Assembly (NCBI GenBank): GCA_965226155.1
Contig: OZ245331.1
Span: 466,681-530,680 of the forward strand
Direction of reading: 5' to 3'
DNA: 64,000 nucleotides
Source of the DNA: Gammaproteobacteria bacterium
Lineage (GTDB): Bacteria > Pseudomonadota > Gammaproteobacteria > Eutrophobiales > Eutrophobiaceae
The notes under the pieces were generated by a model. That model had not been told where the DNA came from. It did not search any database and was given only the letters and a program-made list of their open reading frames with translations. This document shows, piece after piece, positions 10,689 through 20,766 of the stretch. Within the stretch, counting starts at the first letter, position 1; every line of letters begins with the position of its first letter. Made by a program: the position numbers and the translations under genes.

Positions 10689-11297
10689 ATGAACATCACA
10701 CCTACCAAAACTGCTTTATTGATTATTGACCCTCAAAACGATTTTTGCCATCCAGAAGGCGTATTGGCTCAAAGTGGTGTAAATGTCACTCAACTCGTAA
10801 CTCTGGGGCCTAAGATCAAAGAACTAACAAAACTATGTCAGCGTGCTGGTATCCAGGATATCTGGACGCAACAAATCAATCATCCCGTTGATCATGGCCG
10901 TGCACACAAACAAATCAAGTCACATACTGATAAACGTAAAAAGTACGCAGCTCAACCAGGTAGTTGGGGAGCTGAATTCGTAAATGAATTAAAGCCGCTA
11001 ATTAATGAAAAATCGGAAGTGTTGGTAAAATACCGTTTTAATTGCTTCATGCACACACGTCTTGAACAATTATTGAAAGTCTTGGGCATTAATACCCTGG
11101 TTGTCTGTGGCGGGACAACCAATGCTTGTGTCGATACGACTGTGCGGGATGCTTACATGCTCGATTATGACGTTGTAATGATCGAAGATTGCATAGCCGG
11201 TGTGCGTGAAGACTGGCACAAAATGGCGCTAGAAGTCTGGAAGCATTATATAGGCGAAGTAATGAGTTTAGCAGAGTTTAAAAAGACACTTGAATAA
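10689..11297 (+). CDS. Isochorismatase-family cysteine hydrolase (candidate N-carbamoylsarcosine amidase-like)
   Basis: LLIIDPQNDFCHPEG and VVCGGTTNACVDTTVRDA (catalytic Cys), 202 aa. An AGGAG ribosome-binding site lies upstream. Confidence 0.8.
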   Translation: MNITPTKTALLIIDPQNDFCHPEGVLAQSGVNVTQLVTLGPKIKELTKLCQRAGIQDIWTQQINHPVDHGRAHKQIKSHTDKRKKYAAQPGSWGAEFVNELKPLINEKSEVLVKYRFNCFMHTRLEQLLKVLGINTLVVCGGTTNACVDTTVRDAYMLDYDVVMIEDCIAGVREDWHKMALEVWKHYIGEVMSLAEFKKTLE

Positions 11298-11669
11298 AAA
11301 ATGTGGTGTTGCTATGTGATGTAGACACTAAGCTTTAGCATTATTCGACCCTGTTTAATTTCCTAGTGAAAAGAGCAATGTCAGACAGTAAAATTCCTAA
11401 CAATATTCTTGAAATATGGTTTTCACTACTACTTGAGATAAGCTATCGTACTATGCTTCATCGCATAAATTATTATAAACAATAAGTTGATAATAATTCG
11501 AATTAATAGCTACTATACATTAAGTATTGATCTCCTTAAAATTGAAGTTTGGGAGGAATTTGCATTTGACAAACCCTAGATTGCTCAGTGGTTAACCATC
11601 CATTTTACTGAATAATTTGGTCGATAGTGCAAAGCCTCAAATTCCGTAGCACACAGACGAGGCCATGTA

Positions 11670-12281
11670 GTGTTAAAAATCATACCCGAAGAAACTGTAC
11701 TACTGGTTATTGATCCACAGAATGATTATTGCCACCCGGACGGAAACCTTGGTCAGAGTGGTGTTGATTTATCCGTTTGGAAAGAGGTAACGCCCAGAAT
11801 AAAGAAGTTAATTGAATTGTGTCGTAATGCTGGCATTAAGGATATCTGGTCACGACACTACAACCTCCCTGGTGATGTAGGCAAAGCTGCTAAACGCATT
11901 CAGGCCCACACAGCAAAACGTAAAAATCTGTCTGCTCAACCAGGTACCTGGGGTAGTGAGTTTGTTGATGAGTTAAAAACATTAGTTTCGGATGACACTA
12001 CAGTAATCGAAAAGTATCGATTCAGTGTTTTTTACGGCACAACACTGGAACCATTGCTTAATATCCTGGGATGCAAATTGATCGTAATTTGTGGTGGCAC
12101 AACCAACGCTTGTATAGATACAACAATCCGAGATGCCTACGTTAGAGATTATGATGTAGTCATGGTAGAAGATTGTATTGGCGGTGTACGCGATGACTGG
12201 CACAAGATGGCTACGGAAGTTTGGCAACATTACCTGGGAGATGTGGTTGCACTGGAACATTTTGAGCAAATGTTGTCCTGA
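11670..12281 (+). CDS. Isochorismatase-family cysteine hydrolase, tandem paralog
   Basis: About 60% identical by eye to the upstream gene (LLVIDPQNDYCHPDG; VICGGTTNACIDTTIRDA). GTG start. Confidence 0.8.
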   Translation: MLKIIPEETVLLVIDPQNDYCHPDGNLGQSGVDLSVWKEVTPRIKKLIELCRNAGIKDIWSRHYNLPGDVGKAAKRIQAHTAKRKNLSAQPGTWGSEFVDELKTLVSDDTTVIEKYRFSVFYGTTLEPLLNILGCKLIVICGGTTNACIDTTIRDAYVRDYDVVMVEDCIGGVRDDWHKMATEVWQHYLGDVVALEHFEQMLS

Positions 12282-12312
12282 GGAAATTTGATTTCACAAG
12301 TGAGGTGTAGTT

Positions 12313-14520
12313 GTGGTCGTAACAGAAGCCGCAATTAAACAGAAGACCGCAATCAGCCTGGATACAGGTCTAGATCCAATCACATTTCAGATATTGAGAA
12401 GCCGACTTGTTGCTATTAATGAGGAAGCCGCTACCACATTGAAACTGGTATCCGGTTCTACCGTAGCGACCGAAGCCAACGATATGAATACAGCCATCAT
12501 GAATGCACAGGGAGACGTCGTAGCGGTAGCGCGTTATTCATTAGCTAAGGCTACGACTATGTCACTGGTTGTTAAAGACATCGTAAAGAATTATCAAAAA
12601 AACCCGGGAATTAATGAGGGAGATGCATTTCTCACCAACGATGTTTATCTCGGCGTTCAACATCAAAACGATGTGGCGGTAGTCATGCCATTTTTTGTTG
12701 ACGATGAATTAGTTGCCTGGACCGGCGCGGAAGTGCATGAATTGGATGTGGGTGGCCCAGTTGCCGGTAGTGTGCAGATTGGGGCGAAGGATATCTATGG
12801 TGAAGCGCCGTTGATACCCCCTATTAAAATAGTCGAAAACTATGAAATTCGAAAAGACATAGAACGTAATTATTTGCGTATGTCGCGAGTGCCTGATTCA
12901 GTTGCACTCGACCTAAGAGCAAAATTTTCAGCCTCTAGTGTGGCATGTGACCGTTTAACCAAATTGGTCGAACGCTATGGACTCGCGGATGTAAAGCTGG
13001 CGATGGAAGGATCGTTGGATTATGCAGAACAAAAATTTCGGGCTTTATTGTCAACCCTGCCTAACGGAACCTGGCGCCATGTGACCTATCTGGATTATGA
13101 CGGAGATATCTATCCCATCCGTATTGCGATGACCAAGCAAGACGATGAACTGATATTTGATTTCACCGGCACTGCCAAACAGGCACCCGCCATTATTAAT
13201 TGTACCCGGCAATCGTTAATCGCTGTGTCTCTGGGTTATATTTGTATCAGCTTGGGTTGGGATATTCCCTGGAGTCCATCAGCACTGGGACGATTGGTAA
13301 CTTATGTCACGGAACCGGGAACGATTGTAGATTGCCAGTGGCCTGCCGGTTGCTGTAAATCCACTACCAGTATTTCCTGGTCAGTCGGCAAGGCATCAGG
13401 CTTGTTACTCGGCAGGATGCTGGCCTGCAGTGACGATACTCGTGCCAAGGCAATGGCTAGCTGGATAGGCTCCATGACCGTGGAAGAGTTATTCGGCACC
13501 GATAATGACGATAAGGTTTTTGGCGGCATCGTTATCGACACTATGTCCGGTGCGGCCGGTGCTCGAACTTTTAAGGATGGTATTGATACAGGAGGTTATC
13601 TGGGTTCCATGGGTATGGCGATTGCTAATGTTGAGTCTTATGAAGTCGAACATCCCATTTTATATTTATATCGACGTCAGGAAATCGATGGTGGTGGTGC
13701 AGGGACCTACCGCGGTGGTACCAGTCTCAGAAAAGCCTATACGCCCCATGGTGTCGATGAAATATCCTCATTCGTTGTGCATTGTATGGGAGTTGAGATG
13801 CCGTTATCGCCGGGAATGTACGGGGGCTTTCCAGCGGGAACCAACCAACTCACGATCATACGATCCACTAACGTTCATGATTTATTGAAAAATGGAACAG
13901 TGCCACAGTGTGCCGAAGAGCTGGAAGGAGAATCTGAAGTTCAGCAGGGTATTTCGATAAATCACCTGAAATACGGAGATGTATTTGTAGGAGGGACAAT
14001 GGGTGCAGGAGGGTATGGCGATCCGATCGACCGAGATCCACAACTTGTTCTGCATGATTTTGTCTCGGGTCTTACATCAGACAAGACGGCAAAGGAAATG
14101 TATGGAGTAGTAATAAAGGATGATGAGGTGGATAAGAAAGCGACCGCAAAACAACGTGATCAAATCCGTAGTCGTCGGCTTGCCGATGCAACAGACGCTA
14201 AAAATGCACCAGTCTCTAATGAAGGATTGCATCTCGGTTTGCACGTTGGTCAGCACCTCAGACTACTCAGCAAAGATGATGAAAAGTATATTGGGTGTTC
14301 GTGTGGGCGAATACTGTCACCAGCGCAAGAAAATTATAAAGAATGGGTTGCTGAAGCTAGACGCCCATTGAGCGCCGGGGGGCCACAATGTGATCCGTTT
14401 AAAAAGGGTCATGACCGCTTTGAATTGCGAGAGTACTATTGCCCAGAATGTGCTTCTTTGTTGGAAGTGGACATGGTTGAGAAATCAGAGCCGATAGTTT
14501 GGGATCTGCAACTGACTTAA
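12313..14520 (+). CDS. Hydantoinase B/oxoprolinase family protein (HyuB-like) with a C-terminal Cys-rich extension
   Basis: 735 aa with hydantoinase-B conserved blocks. The last ~140 aa carry CSCG…CDPF…CPEC cysteine pairs that typical ~580-aa HyuB proteins lack. Confidence 0.8.
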   Translation: MVVTEAAIKQKTAISLDTGLDPITFQILRSRLVAINEEAATTLKLVSGSTVATEANDMNTAIMNAQGDVVAVARYSLAKATTMSLVVKDIVKNYQKNPGINEGDAFLTNDVYLGVQHQNDVAVVMPFFVDDELVAWTGAEVHELDVGGPVAGSVQIGAKDIYGEAPLIPPIKIVENYEIRKDIERNYLRMSRVPDSVALDLRAKFSASSVACDRLTKLVERYGLADVKLAMEGSLDYAEQKFRALLSTLPNGTWRHVTYLDYDGDIYPIRIAMTKQDDELIFDFTGTAKQAPAIINCTRQSLIAVSLGYICISLGWDIPWSPSALGRLVTYVTEPGTIVDCQWPAGCCKSTTSISWSVGKASGLLLGRMLACSDDTRAKAMASWIGSMTVEELFGTDNDDKVFGGIVIDTMSGAAGARTFKDGIDTGGYLGSMGMAIANVESYEVEHPILYLYRRQEIDGGGAGTYRGGTSLRKAYTPHGVDEISSFVVHCMGVEMPLSPGMYGGFPAGTNQLTIIRSTNVHDLLKNGTVPQCAEELEGESEVQQGISINHLKYGDVFVGGTMGAGGYGDPIDRDPQLVLHDFVSGLTSDKTAKEMYGVVIKDDEVDKKATAKQRDQIRSRRLADATDAKNAPVSNEGLHLGLHVGQHLRLLSKDDEKYIGCSCGRILSPAQENYKEWVAEARRPLSAGGPQCDPFKKGHDRFELREYYCPECASLLEVDMVEKSEPIVWDLQLT

Positions 14521-14551
14521 AGCAACTTAAATTTTATTTGAGAGAGATTGA

Positions 14552-16648
14552 ATGGCTAGCAACTATGTTATCGGAGTGGATTCAGGTGGGACTTTTACTG
14601 ATTGTGTCGCGATCGCTGATGACGGTACCGTCACCCGGGCGAAATCTCCTTCTACACCTTCCGATTTTTCTATTGGGGTTTTGAATTCGATAAAACGCGT
14701 TGCTGAAGAATTGGATGAAGATTTCAATGACGTATTACTTAATAGTGCCCTTTTCGCACACGGCACAACTGTTGCGACTAATGCATTGTTAACCCGTACT
14801 GGAAGTAAAACCGGTTATCTGACAACCCAGGGACATGAGGACGCTATCATTATTGGTAGAACCTTCCAAAAGGTAGCCGGATTAACGGAATCTGAAGTTG
14901 CTGATATAGCTAACTTGGATAAAGCAATACCGATTGTCCCGCGTAGATTAATTTATGGTATTGAAGAGCGAATCGATAAAAAAGGTGAAATCATTACGCC
15001 TATTAATATGGATAGCGTCAGGAATGCGCTTACTGCTCTTGTGGCTGAAGGTGTTGAGTCTGTTGCGGTTTCCCTGTTGTGGTCATTTCTACGTCCTGAC
15101 CACGAAAACGCAATACGTGAGATGATCGAAACAGACTATCCGGACCTGCTGGTGTCTTATTCACACGAACTTGCCCCGGTTATTAAGGAATATGAACGTG
15201 GCGCAGCAACTATCATAAATGCCTATTTGACACGAAACGTATCCAGCTATTTAACCAAGTTGCAAGGTAAATTAGCTACTGGTGGAGTCAAATCGAATCC
15301 TGTAGTCATGCAATCTTCAGGCGGAGTAATGAGCATTGAAAAGGCCAAAAACCGACCGGTCAGATTACTGACATCGGGGCCAGCTGGTGGCGTGATCGGT
15401 GCCAAATTTCTTGGTGAAATTCTAAAACACCCCAATATTGTGACGACGGATGTGGGGGGTACCAGTTTCGATGTTGGATTAGTGGTAGAAGGCGAGGCAC
15501 AGTTCACTAATATTGCAACTTTCGATAAGTACGAGGTAGCGTTACCGGTAATAGATGTCGCAACTATTGGCGCCGGTGGCGGCAGCATTGGTTGGATTGA
15601 AGCGGATACAGGTGTTCTGCGTGTGGGCCCGCAAAGCGCAGGGGCAGAGCCAGGGCCAGCATGCTATAACATGGGTGGCACTCAACCGACAGTAACCGAT
15701 GCCAATGTAGTACTTGGGCGTATTAATCCAGATTATTTTCTGGGTGGTCGGCAAAAGTTGGATAGCGACGCATCTTATAAGGCCTTTGAATCGCTTGCTG
15801 AAGCGCTTGGAATGACCGTTCCGGAAGTTGCTTCAGGCATTATTGATATCGCTGACGAAAACATGGCCGATTTGGTTAGACGGGTAACCATAGAGCGTGG
15901 CTATGATCCACGTGAATTTGTATTGTATGCTTTCGGAGGAGCAGGACCAATGCATGCGGGTGCTTATGCTCGATCTGCCGGATGTAAATCTATACTTATC
16001 CCTAAGGAAGCATCTGAGTTTTCAGCTTTCGGGATAGCCGGCTCCGATGTAATGGTAGTGGAAGAACTTTCAAACCCCAGAACTGCGCCATTTAACCCGA
16101 GCGAATTTAATGCATTTTTCCAACAACTTGAACAATCAGCCGTGGAAAGCTTACGGGAGAATGGTATTGCAGATGACCGTATGCTGTTACAACGTTATGT
16201 ACGACTGCGCTACAAAGGACAAGTGCACGAAGTAGAAACACCAATCCCTGCAGGTAAAATTGGTGAAGAACAGGTAAATGAAATGCTCGATAACTTTGAC
16301 CGAATATACGAAACTAAATACGGTCACGGAACAACAACTTCTGATGTAACCATGTACGCCATTACATACCGTATACATGGTTTTGGCAGGATGAATATGC
16401 CGGAGCTAGTAAAACATAAACCAGGAGATGCGGTTGCTTCCTCTGCAGTAAAGGCCAACAGACAAGTCTACTATAGCGAAGCAGGCGGTTTTGTTGATAC
16501 GCCTATTTATGATGGAGCTTTGTTACGTTCAGGTCACTGTTTTTCAGGGCCAGCCATTGTGGAGTCAGTAGATACTACAACTATTTTACATCCAGATCAG
16601 GAAGTTGAGATAGATGCATACTTAAATATTCTGATCAAGATTTTATAA
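14552..16648 (+). CDS. Hydantoinase A/N-methylhydantoinase A family protein (HyuA-like)
   Basis: VIGVDSGGTFTDCVAI ASKHA/ROK-type N-terminus, 698 aa, immediately downstream of hyuB. Confidence 0.85.
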   Translation: MASNYVIGVDSGGTFTDCVAIADDGTVTRAKSPSTPSDFSIGVLNSIKRVAEELDEDFNDVLLNSALFAHGTTVATNALLTRTGSKTGYLTTQGHEDAIIIGRTFQKVAGLTESEVADIANLDKAIPIVPRRLIYGIEERIDKKGEIITPINMDSVRNALTALVAEGVESVAVSLLWSFLRPDHENAIREMIETDYPDLLVSYSHELAPVIKEYERGAATIINAYLTRNVSSYLTKLQGKLATGGVKSNPVVMQSSGGVMSIEKAKNRPVRLLTSGPAGGVIGAKFLGEILKHPNIVTTDVGGTSFDVGLVVEGEAQFTNIATFDKYEVALPVIDVATIGAGGGSIGWIEADTGVLRVGPQSAGAEPGPACYNMGGTQPTVTDANVVLGRINPDYFLGGRQKLDSDASYKAFESLAEALGMTVPEVASGIIDIADENMADLVRRVTIERGYDPREFVLYAFGGAGPMHAGAYARSAGCKSILIPKEASEFSAFGIAGSDVMVVEELSNPRTAPFNPSEFNAFFQQLEQSAVESLRENGIADDRMLLQRYVRLRYKGQVHEVETPIPAGKIGEEQVNEMLDNFDRIYETKYGHGTTTSDVTMYAITYRIHGFGRMNMPELVKHKPGDAVASSAVKANRQVYYSEAGGFVDTPIYDGALLRSGHCFSGPAIVESVDTTTILHPDQEVEIDAYLNILIKIL

Positions 16649-16655
16649 TTGTTCA

Positions 16656-17153
16656 TTGAATATGAGTGAGTCCCCCACAAAAGATGGAGACCTGGATAAT
16701 TTACGTCGAGCTATAGCACTAGCGATGCTATCGAGAAAGAATGGAAATAATCCTTTCGGTACCGTGCTAGCAGATCAGGAGAGAACTATTTTACTTGAAG
16801 CTGAGAATTCTACTAAAACAGATCGAGACTGCACCGCACATTCAGACATTAATTTAATACGCAATGCTTGGCAGAAGTTTGATGCTGAATACCTGGCAGA
16901 ATGCACCCTTTATACGAGCGCTGAACCATGCGCGATGTGTGCCGGAGCAATTGTGTGGGCGAATATTCGTCGTGTGGTATACAGCCTTGGTAACACTGCA
17001 TTGTATGATCAAATGAATCCACGTGCTGATGGGTTAGGACTTTACACTCCGTGTCGTGAAATTTTTAATGGCGCACCCTGGAAAATTAAAACCATTGGAC
17101 CGTTACTTGAGGAAGAAGCAAGCAAAGTACATCAAGATTTTTGGCAAAAATAA
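16656..17153 (+). CDS. CDA-fold nucleoside/nucleobase deaminase (cytidine/deoxycytidylate deaminase family)
   Basis: The zinc-ligand motifs HSDI and SAEPCAMCAGAI (H-x-E…PC-x-x-C) are present; the likely ATG start is at 16662. Confidence 0.75.
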   Translation: MNMSESPTKDGDLDNLRRAIALAMLSRKNGNNPFGTVLADQERTILLEAENSTKTDRDCTAHSDINLIRNAWQKFDAEYLAECTLYTSAEPCAMCAGAIVWANIRRVVYSLGNTALYDQMNPRADGLGLYTPCREIFNGAPWKIKTIGPLLEEEASKVHQDFWQK

Positions 17154-17162
17154 AATATAGTA

Positions 17163-18278
17163 ATGAGGAATTTTATTCTTAAACGATTGCAGAAAGCCAT
17201 GGACGAAAATGGGTTCGATGCTGTTATCTGTTTGTCTCCAGAAAACTTTTCTTATGTATCTGGCTTTATCGTGCCTTCACAACAATTGATGCGTTGGCGG
17301 CATGCGGCTGTCGTTGTAACTGCTGATGGCAGGTGTGCATATTTAGTTGTTGATATGGAAGAAACAACAATTAAAAGCAAGTCTAAAAATATTGAAGTGC
17401 GTGTTTGGGGGGAATTTACAGACAAACCAATGCAAGTGTTAGCTGGTTTATTATCGGATATGGATTTGACGAATGCAAAAATTGGCATAGAAATGGATTA
17501 TCTTTTTGCAGGTGACTTTGCAGAACTTAAAAATCAAATGCAGGGCGCAGAGTTACACCCGGCTGAAAATATTCTAGCGCGATTACGCCAGATTAAAACG
17601 GCAGAAGAAATTGATTTAATGCGACGCTTGTCACGTATTGCAGATGAGTCAATTCATAATACGTTAATGGATACTTTTGCTGGTAGTTCAGAAATGGATA
17701 TTGCTGGAGGATTAACAAAAAACATCTACAATCTTGGTGCTGATAATTTCAAACTCATGATTGTTGCAACAGGTGAGCGTAGTGTATTTCCTAATGTTGG
17801 CCCTTCTTTGCGTAAACTGAAAAAAAGTGATGTTTGCCGAGTTGAAATATTTTCTGTTATCAATGGATATCATGCTGGCGTTTGTCGTACAGCTTGTGTA
17901 CAAACACCACCACCAAATGCAGAAGATATTTGGAAAAATTTAATTGAATGTAAATATTTAGTATTAGACATGATCAAGCCAGGTGCCAGCTCAAAAGAAA
18001 TCTACGAAGCTTTTATAAAGCACTTGAACAAACTTAATCTACCACCAATTAAATTTATAGGGCATGGCATTGGCTTGCATTTGCATGAAGAACCTTATTT
18101 GGGAATGTATTCTGATGTACCACTGAATGCAGGAATGGTGTTAGGGATAGAGCCCTTAGTGTATGACACTGGATACGGATTTGGTATGCAAAACAAAGAT
18201 ATTATCTTAGTGACCGAAACCGGATCAGAAATCCTGTCTGATTTTACAAACACAGACACATTATTAACAATTAACTAA
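17163..18278 (+). CDS. M24-family protein with creatinase/prolidase N-terminal domain
   Basis: The creatinase-like N-domain is followed by a pita-bread M24 domain (HGIGLHLHEEP, GMVLGIEP). The first two canonical Asp metal ligands appear substituted (…VEIFSVINGYHAGVCRT). Confidence 0.7.
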   Translation: MRNFILKRLQKAMDENGFDAVICLSPENFSYVSGFIVPSQQLMRWRHAAVVVTADGRCAYLVVDMEETTIKSKSKNIEVRVWGEFTDKPMQVLAGLLSDMDLTNAKIGIEMDYLFAGDFAELKNQMQGAELHPAENILARLRQIKTAEEIDLMRRLSRIADESIHNTLMDTFAGSSEMDIAGGLTKNIYNLGADNFKLMIVATGERSVFPNVGPSLRKLKKSDVCRVEIFSVINGYHAGVCRTACVQTPPPNAEDIWKNLIECKYLVLDMIKPGASSKEIYEAFIKHLNKLNLPPIKFIGHGIGLHLHEEPYLGMYSDVPLNAGMVLGIEPLVYDTGYGFGMQNKDIILVTETGSEILSDFTNTDTLLTIN

Positions 18279-18314
18279 AGTCAACTAGATATAAATTTAT
18301 TAAATAAAATTTGT

Positions 18315-19754
18315 ATGAAAACCCTGATTGAAAATCTTGATTTTATATTCACAGTTGATAAACACGATTCCATTATTCGCAATGCAGCTGTTATTATTGA
18401 AGATGATAAAATCGTTGACATTGGGCCTATGGGTGATGTGTTGGTCAGGCACGATCGTGATGGTTTTAAAAATATTAAAGACGGCACACTTAAAGGTATA
18501 TGCCCAGGTTTTATCGATTCCCATGTGCATTTATCTGAAACACTTTCAAGGGCAGTGTTTCCAGATAATCTAAATACGCGTGCGTGGGTTTTTCACTGGG
18601 GCAAACCTTTTTATGCACACATAACAGCAGACGATGAATATTGGGGGGCACTTCTTGGCATTACAGAGATGCTTCGCGCAGGGACAACCTGTTTTCTCGA
18701 TATGGGATCTCAATATGACCCGGGTATTACAATCAGAGCAATGGAACAAACAGGTATACGAGGTATAACAGGACGTCATGCTGCAGATAATCCACCAGAG
18801 ATGATGCCTCGCGGTTGGGCAGAAGAAATGGTTAAACATCATTTTTTCTCTAACGCTGAAGAGGCTCTTAAAGAACTAGAGTCATGTGTAGACAAATATC
18901 ACGGCATATTGGATGGCAAAGCACGTTGTTGGGTTAATATTGAAGGGAAAGAACCCTGTACTCTGGAACTGCATGTTGGTGCCCGTAACTTGGCGGAAAA
19001 ACTAAATGTTGGTACAACATACCATTTAGCAACAAGTATTGAAGAAGCCAATGTTTGCGAGGGTAAATATGGTGTATGGCCCATAACCCGGATAGAACGG
19101 GCTGGCGGTCTGGGTCACAATCTGGTGGTCGCACATGGTGCGGCAGTAAGAGATGAAGAAATCGGTATGCTTGCTACTTATGATACCAAAATAGCGTTTT
19201 GTCCTTCTTCTTCTTTTAAATTAGGTAAAGGTGCTACTGCGATTGGTAAATACCCTGAAATGATTGCAGCCGGGGTGACCGTTGGTCTTGGAACGGATGG
19301 TGTATCAGCAGCTGGAAATATGAATCTCATGCGGCAAATGTTTATGATAGCAGGTATGTTCAAGGATGCTCGTATGCAACCGGATATTTTTACAGTACGC
19401 CAGGCACTACGAGCAGCTACTATAGATGGAGCAAAGGCCTTGATGTGGGATGATGAGATCGGTTCTTTAGAAATAGGAAAGAAAGCAGATTTCGTTATCT
19501 TTGACCTAGACCATATTGAATGGACTCCTTTTCATGATCCATTACAAGCATTGGTTTTTTCAGCTTCAACTGCTTCGATTGAAGAAACTTGGGTCAATGG
19601 TGTGCCATTATATGAAGGTGGTTACATTGCTACAGTCGACGAACAGGAAATAAAACGAAAGGCACGTATTCTTGCTGCAGCCGCTGTTAAACGTGCCGGT
19701 CTTGATCAAGAAGATGTACCAACTATAACTACACTTTATGATAAAGGTAATTAA
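18315..19754 (+). CDS. Amidohydrolase-family deaminase (cytosine/creatinine/guanine-deaminase-like, TRZ/ATZ type)
   Basis: GFIDSHVHL HxH motif, 479 aa, later HGAAV and GTDG blocks. Confidence 0.75.
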   Translation: MKTLIENLDFIFTVDKHDSIIRNAAVIIEDDKIVDIGPMGDVLVRHDRDGFKNIKDGTLKGICPGFIDSHVHLSETLSRAVFPDNLNTRAWVFHWGKPFYAHITADDEYWGALLGITEMLRAGTTCFLDMGSQYDPGITIRAMEQTGIRGITGRHAADNPPEMMPRGWAEEMVKHHFFSNAEEALKELESCVDKYHGILDGKARCWVNIEGKEPCTLELHVGARNLAEKLNVGTTYHLATSIEEANVCEGKYGVWPITRIERAGGLGHNLVVAHGAAVRDEEIGMLATYDTKIAFCPSSSFKLGKGATAIGKYPEMIAAGVTVGLGTDGVSAAGNMNLMRQMFMIAGMFKDARMQPDIFTVRQALRAATIDGAKALMWDDEIGSLEIGKKADFVIFDLDHIEWTPFHDPLQALVFSASTASIEETWVNGVPLYEGGYIATVDEQEIKRKARILAAAAVKRAGLDQEDVPTITTLYDKGN

Positions 19755-19786
19755 CAACAATTCACTAATTTAAATGAGGTAAGCAA

Positions 19787-19981
19787 ATGCCTGTAGTAAC
19801 CGTACAATTATGGAAAGGTCGAACTGTTGATCAAAAACGTAAGTTAACAAAAGCAATCACAGACGCCATGGTCGAACATGCCGATGCAAACCTAGATGCT
19901 CTTCATGTCATTATCCAAGAGTATGAATTGGAAGACTGGGCCCGTGCTGGGGTTCTAGGCGTAGATAGAGAGGATGTCTAG
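19787..19981 (+). CDS. 4-oxalocrotonate tautomerase-family protein
   Basis: 64 aa beginning MPVVTVQ (catalytic Pro1 after Met removal); size typical of 4-OT. Confidence 0.6.
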   Translation: MPVVTVQLWKGRTVDQKRKLTKAITDAMVEHADANLDALHVIIQEYELEDWARAGVLGVDREDV

Positions 19982-19983
19982 CC

Positions 19984-20364
19984 ATGTCACTAGACCGAAA
20001 AATTCAACCTCGCCCAGTTTATATACATCACTTATTGCTGATGGTTAGTGATTTAGAAAAATCAAAAAGTTTTTATCTAAATACTCTCGGTTTTACACAA
20101 CGACTTGATGCCAAACCATTGCCCGATGGACGTCCATTTATTTCAACAATGGAAGGACTCGGCTTAACAGCAGGTGGGCCGGGTAATATGAAGCAATTGG
20201 ACCATCTGGCATTTGAAGTAAAGAATGTAGATGCGATGTATGAAAAGCTTAAAAAACTGGGGGCAGAATTTCCGAGAGGTGAAATTGGGCCAGGTCCGTA
20301 TGGTAAAGCTATATATGTACTAGATCCGGATGGTAACGAATTAGAATTATTCGAAGTTGATTAA
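19984..20364 (+). CDS. VOC/glyoxalase-family protein
   Basis: 126 aa with a beta-alpha-beta-beta-beta module pattern (HHLLLMVSDLEKS…LDHLAFEV…ELELFE). Confidence 0.6.
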   Translation: MSLDRKIQPRPVYIHHLLLMVSDLEKSKSFYLNTLGFTQRLDAKPLPDGRPFISTMEGLGLTAGGPGNMKQLDHLAFEVKNVDAMYEKLKKLGAEFPRGEIGPGPYGKAIYVLDPDGNELELFEVD

Positions 20365-20430
20365 AATCATTGACAACTTGTTGCCCATAGACCTAATAAT
20401 TAGTTAACTAGTAGATGCAAAATAGAAACA

Positions 20431-20700
20431 ATGATTTTATATGTTGCTTATTTCAAAGTAATCGATAAGGAGAAAGAAAAGGCGATCCTTCAGAATCACC
20501 TCGATTATGTGAACAGGCTTTTGCAAGAAAAAATTATTATTGCAAAGGGGCCTTTTTTAGATAAAAGTGGAGGTTTAATCATATATCATACATCCTCTCT
20601 GGAAGAAGCAACTGATTATGTAATGAATGATCCAGTAATTCTCGATGGAGCGAGAACAGTTGAAATCAAAGAATGGAAATCCTCGATAAATAATTTATAA
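20431..20700 (+). CDS. YciI-like small protein
   Basis: 89 aa with the YciI-family pattern (…LQNHLDYVNRL…IIAKGPF). Confidence 0.45.
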   Translation: MILYVAYFKVIDKEKEKAILQNHLDYVNRLLQEKIIIAKGPFLDKSGGLIIYHTSSLEEATDYVMNDPVILDGARTVEIKEWKSSINNL

Positions 20701-20766
20701 ATTTATTTTAAGAATTCATTTGCAAATATATACAGTTGATCATAGATAGCATCAATTAGATACACG

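Noticed and set aside
12313-19754. Many 60-130 aa antisense or alternative-frame ORFs inside the large hydantoinase, amidohydrolase, TBDR and molybdoenzyme genes
   Set aside because: They are fully embedded in long, well-supported genes on the other strand or frame. The same pattern recurs across other long genes in the window (for example 2703-3011, 5282-5464 and 38912-39375). Their composition is typical of shadow ORFs.
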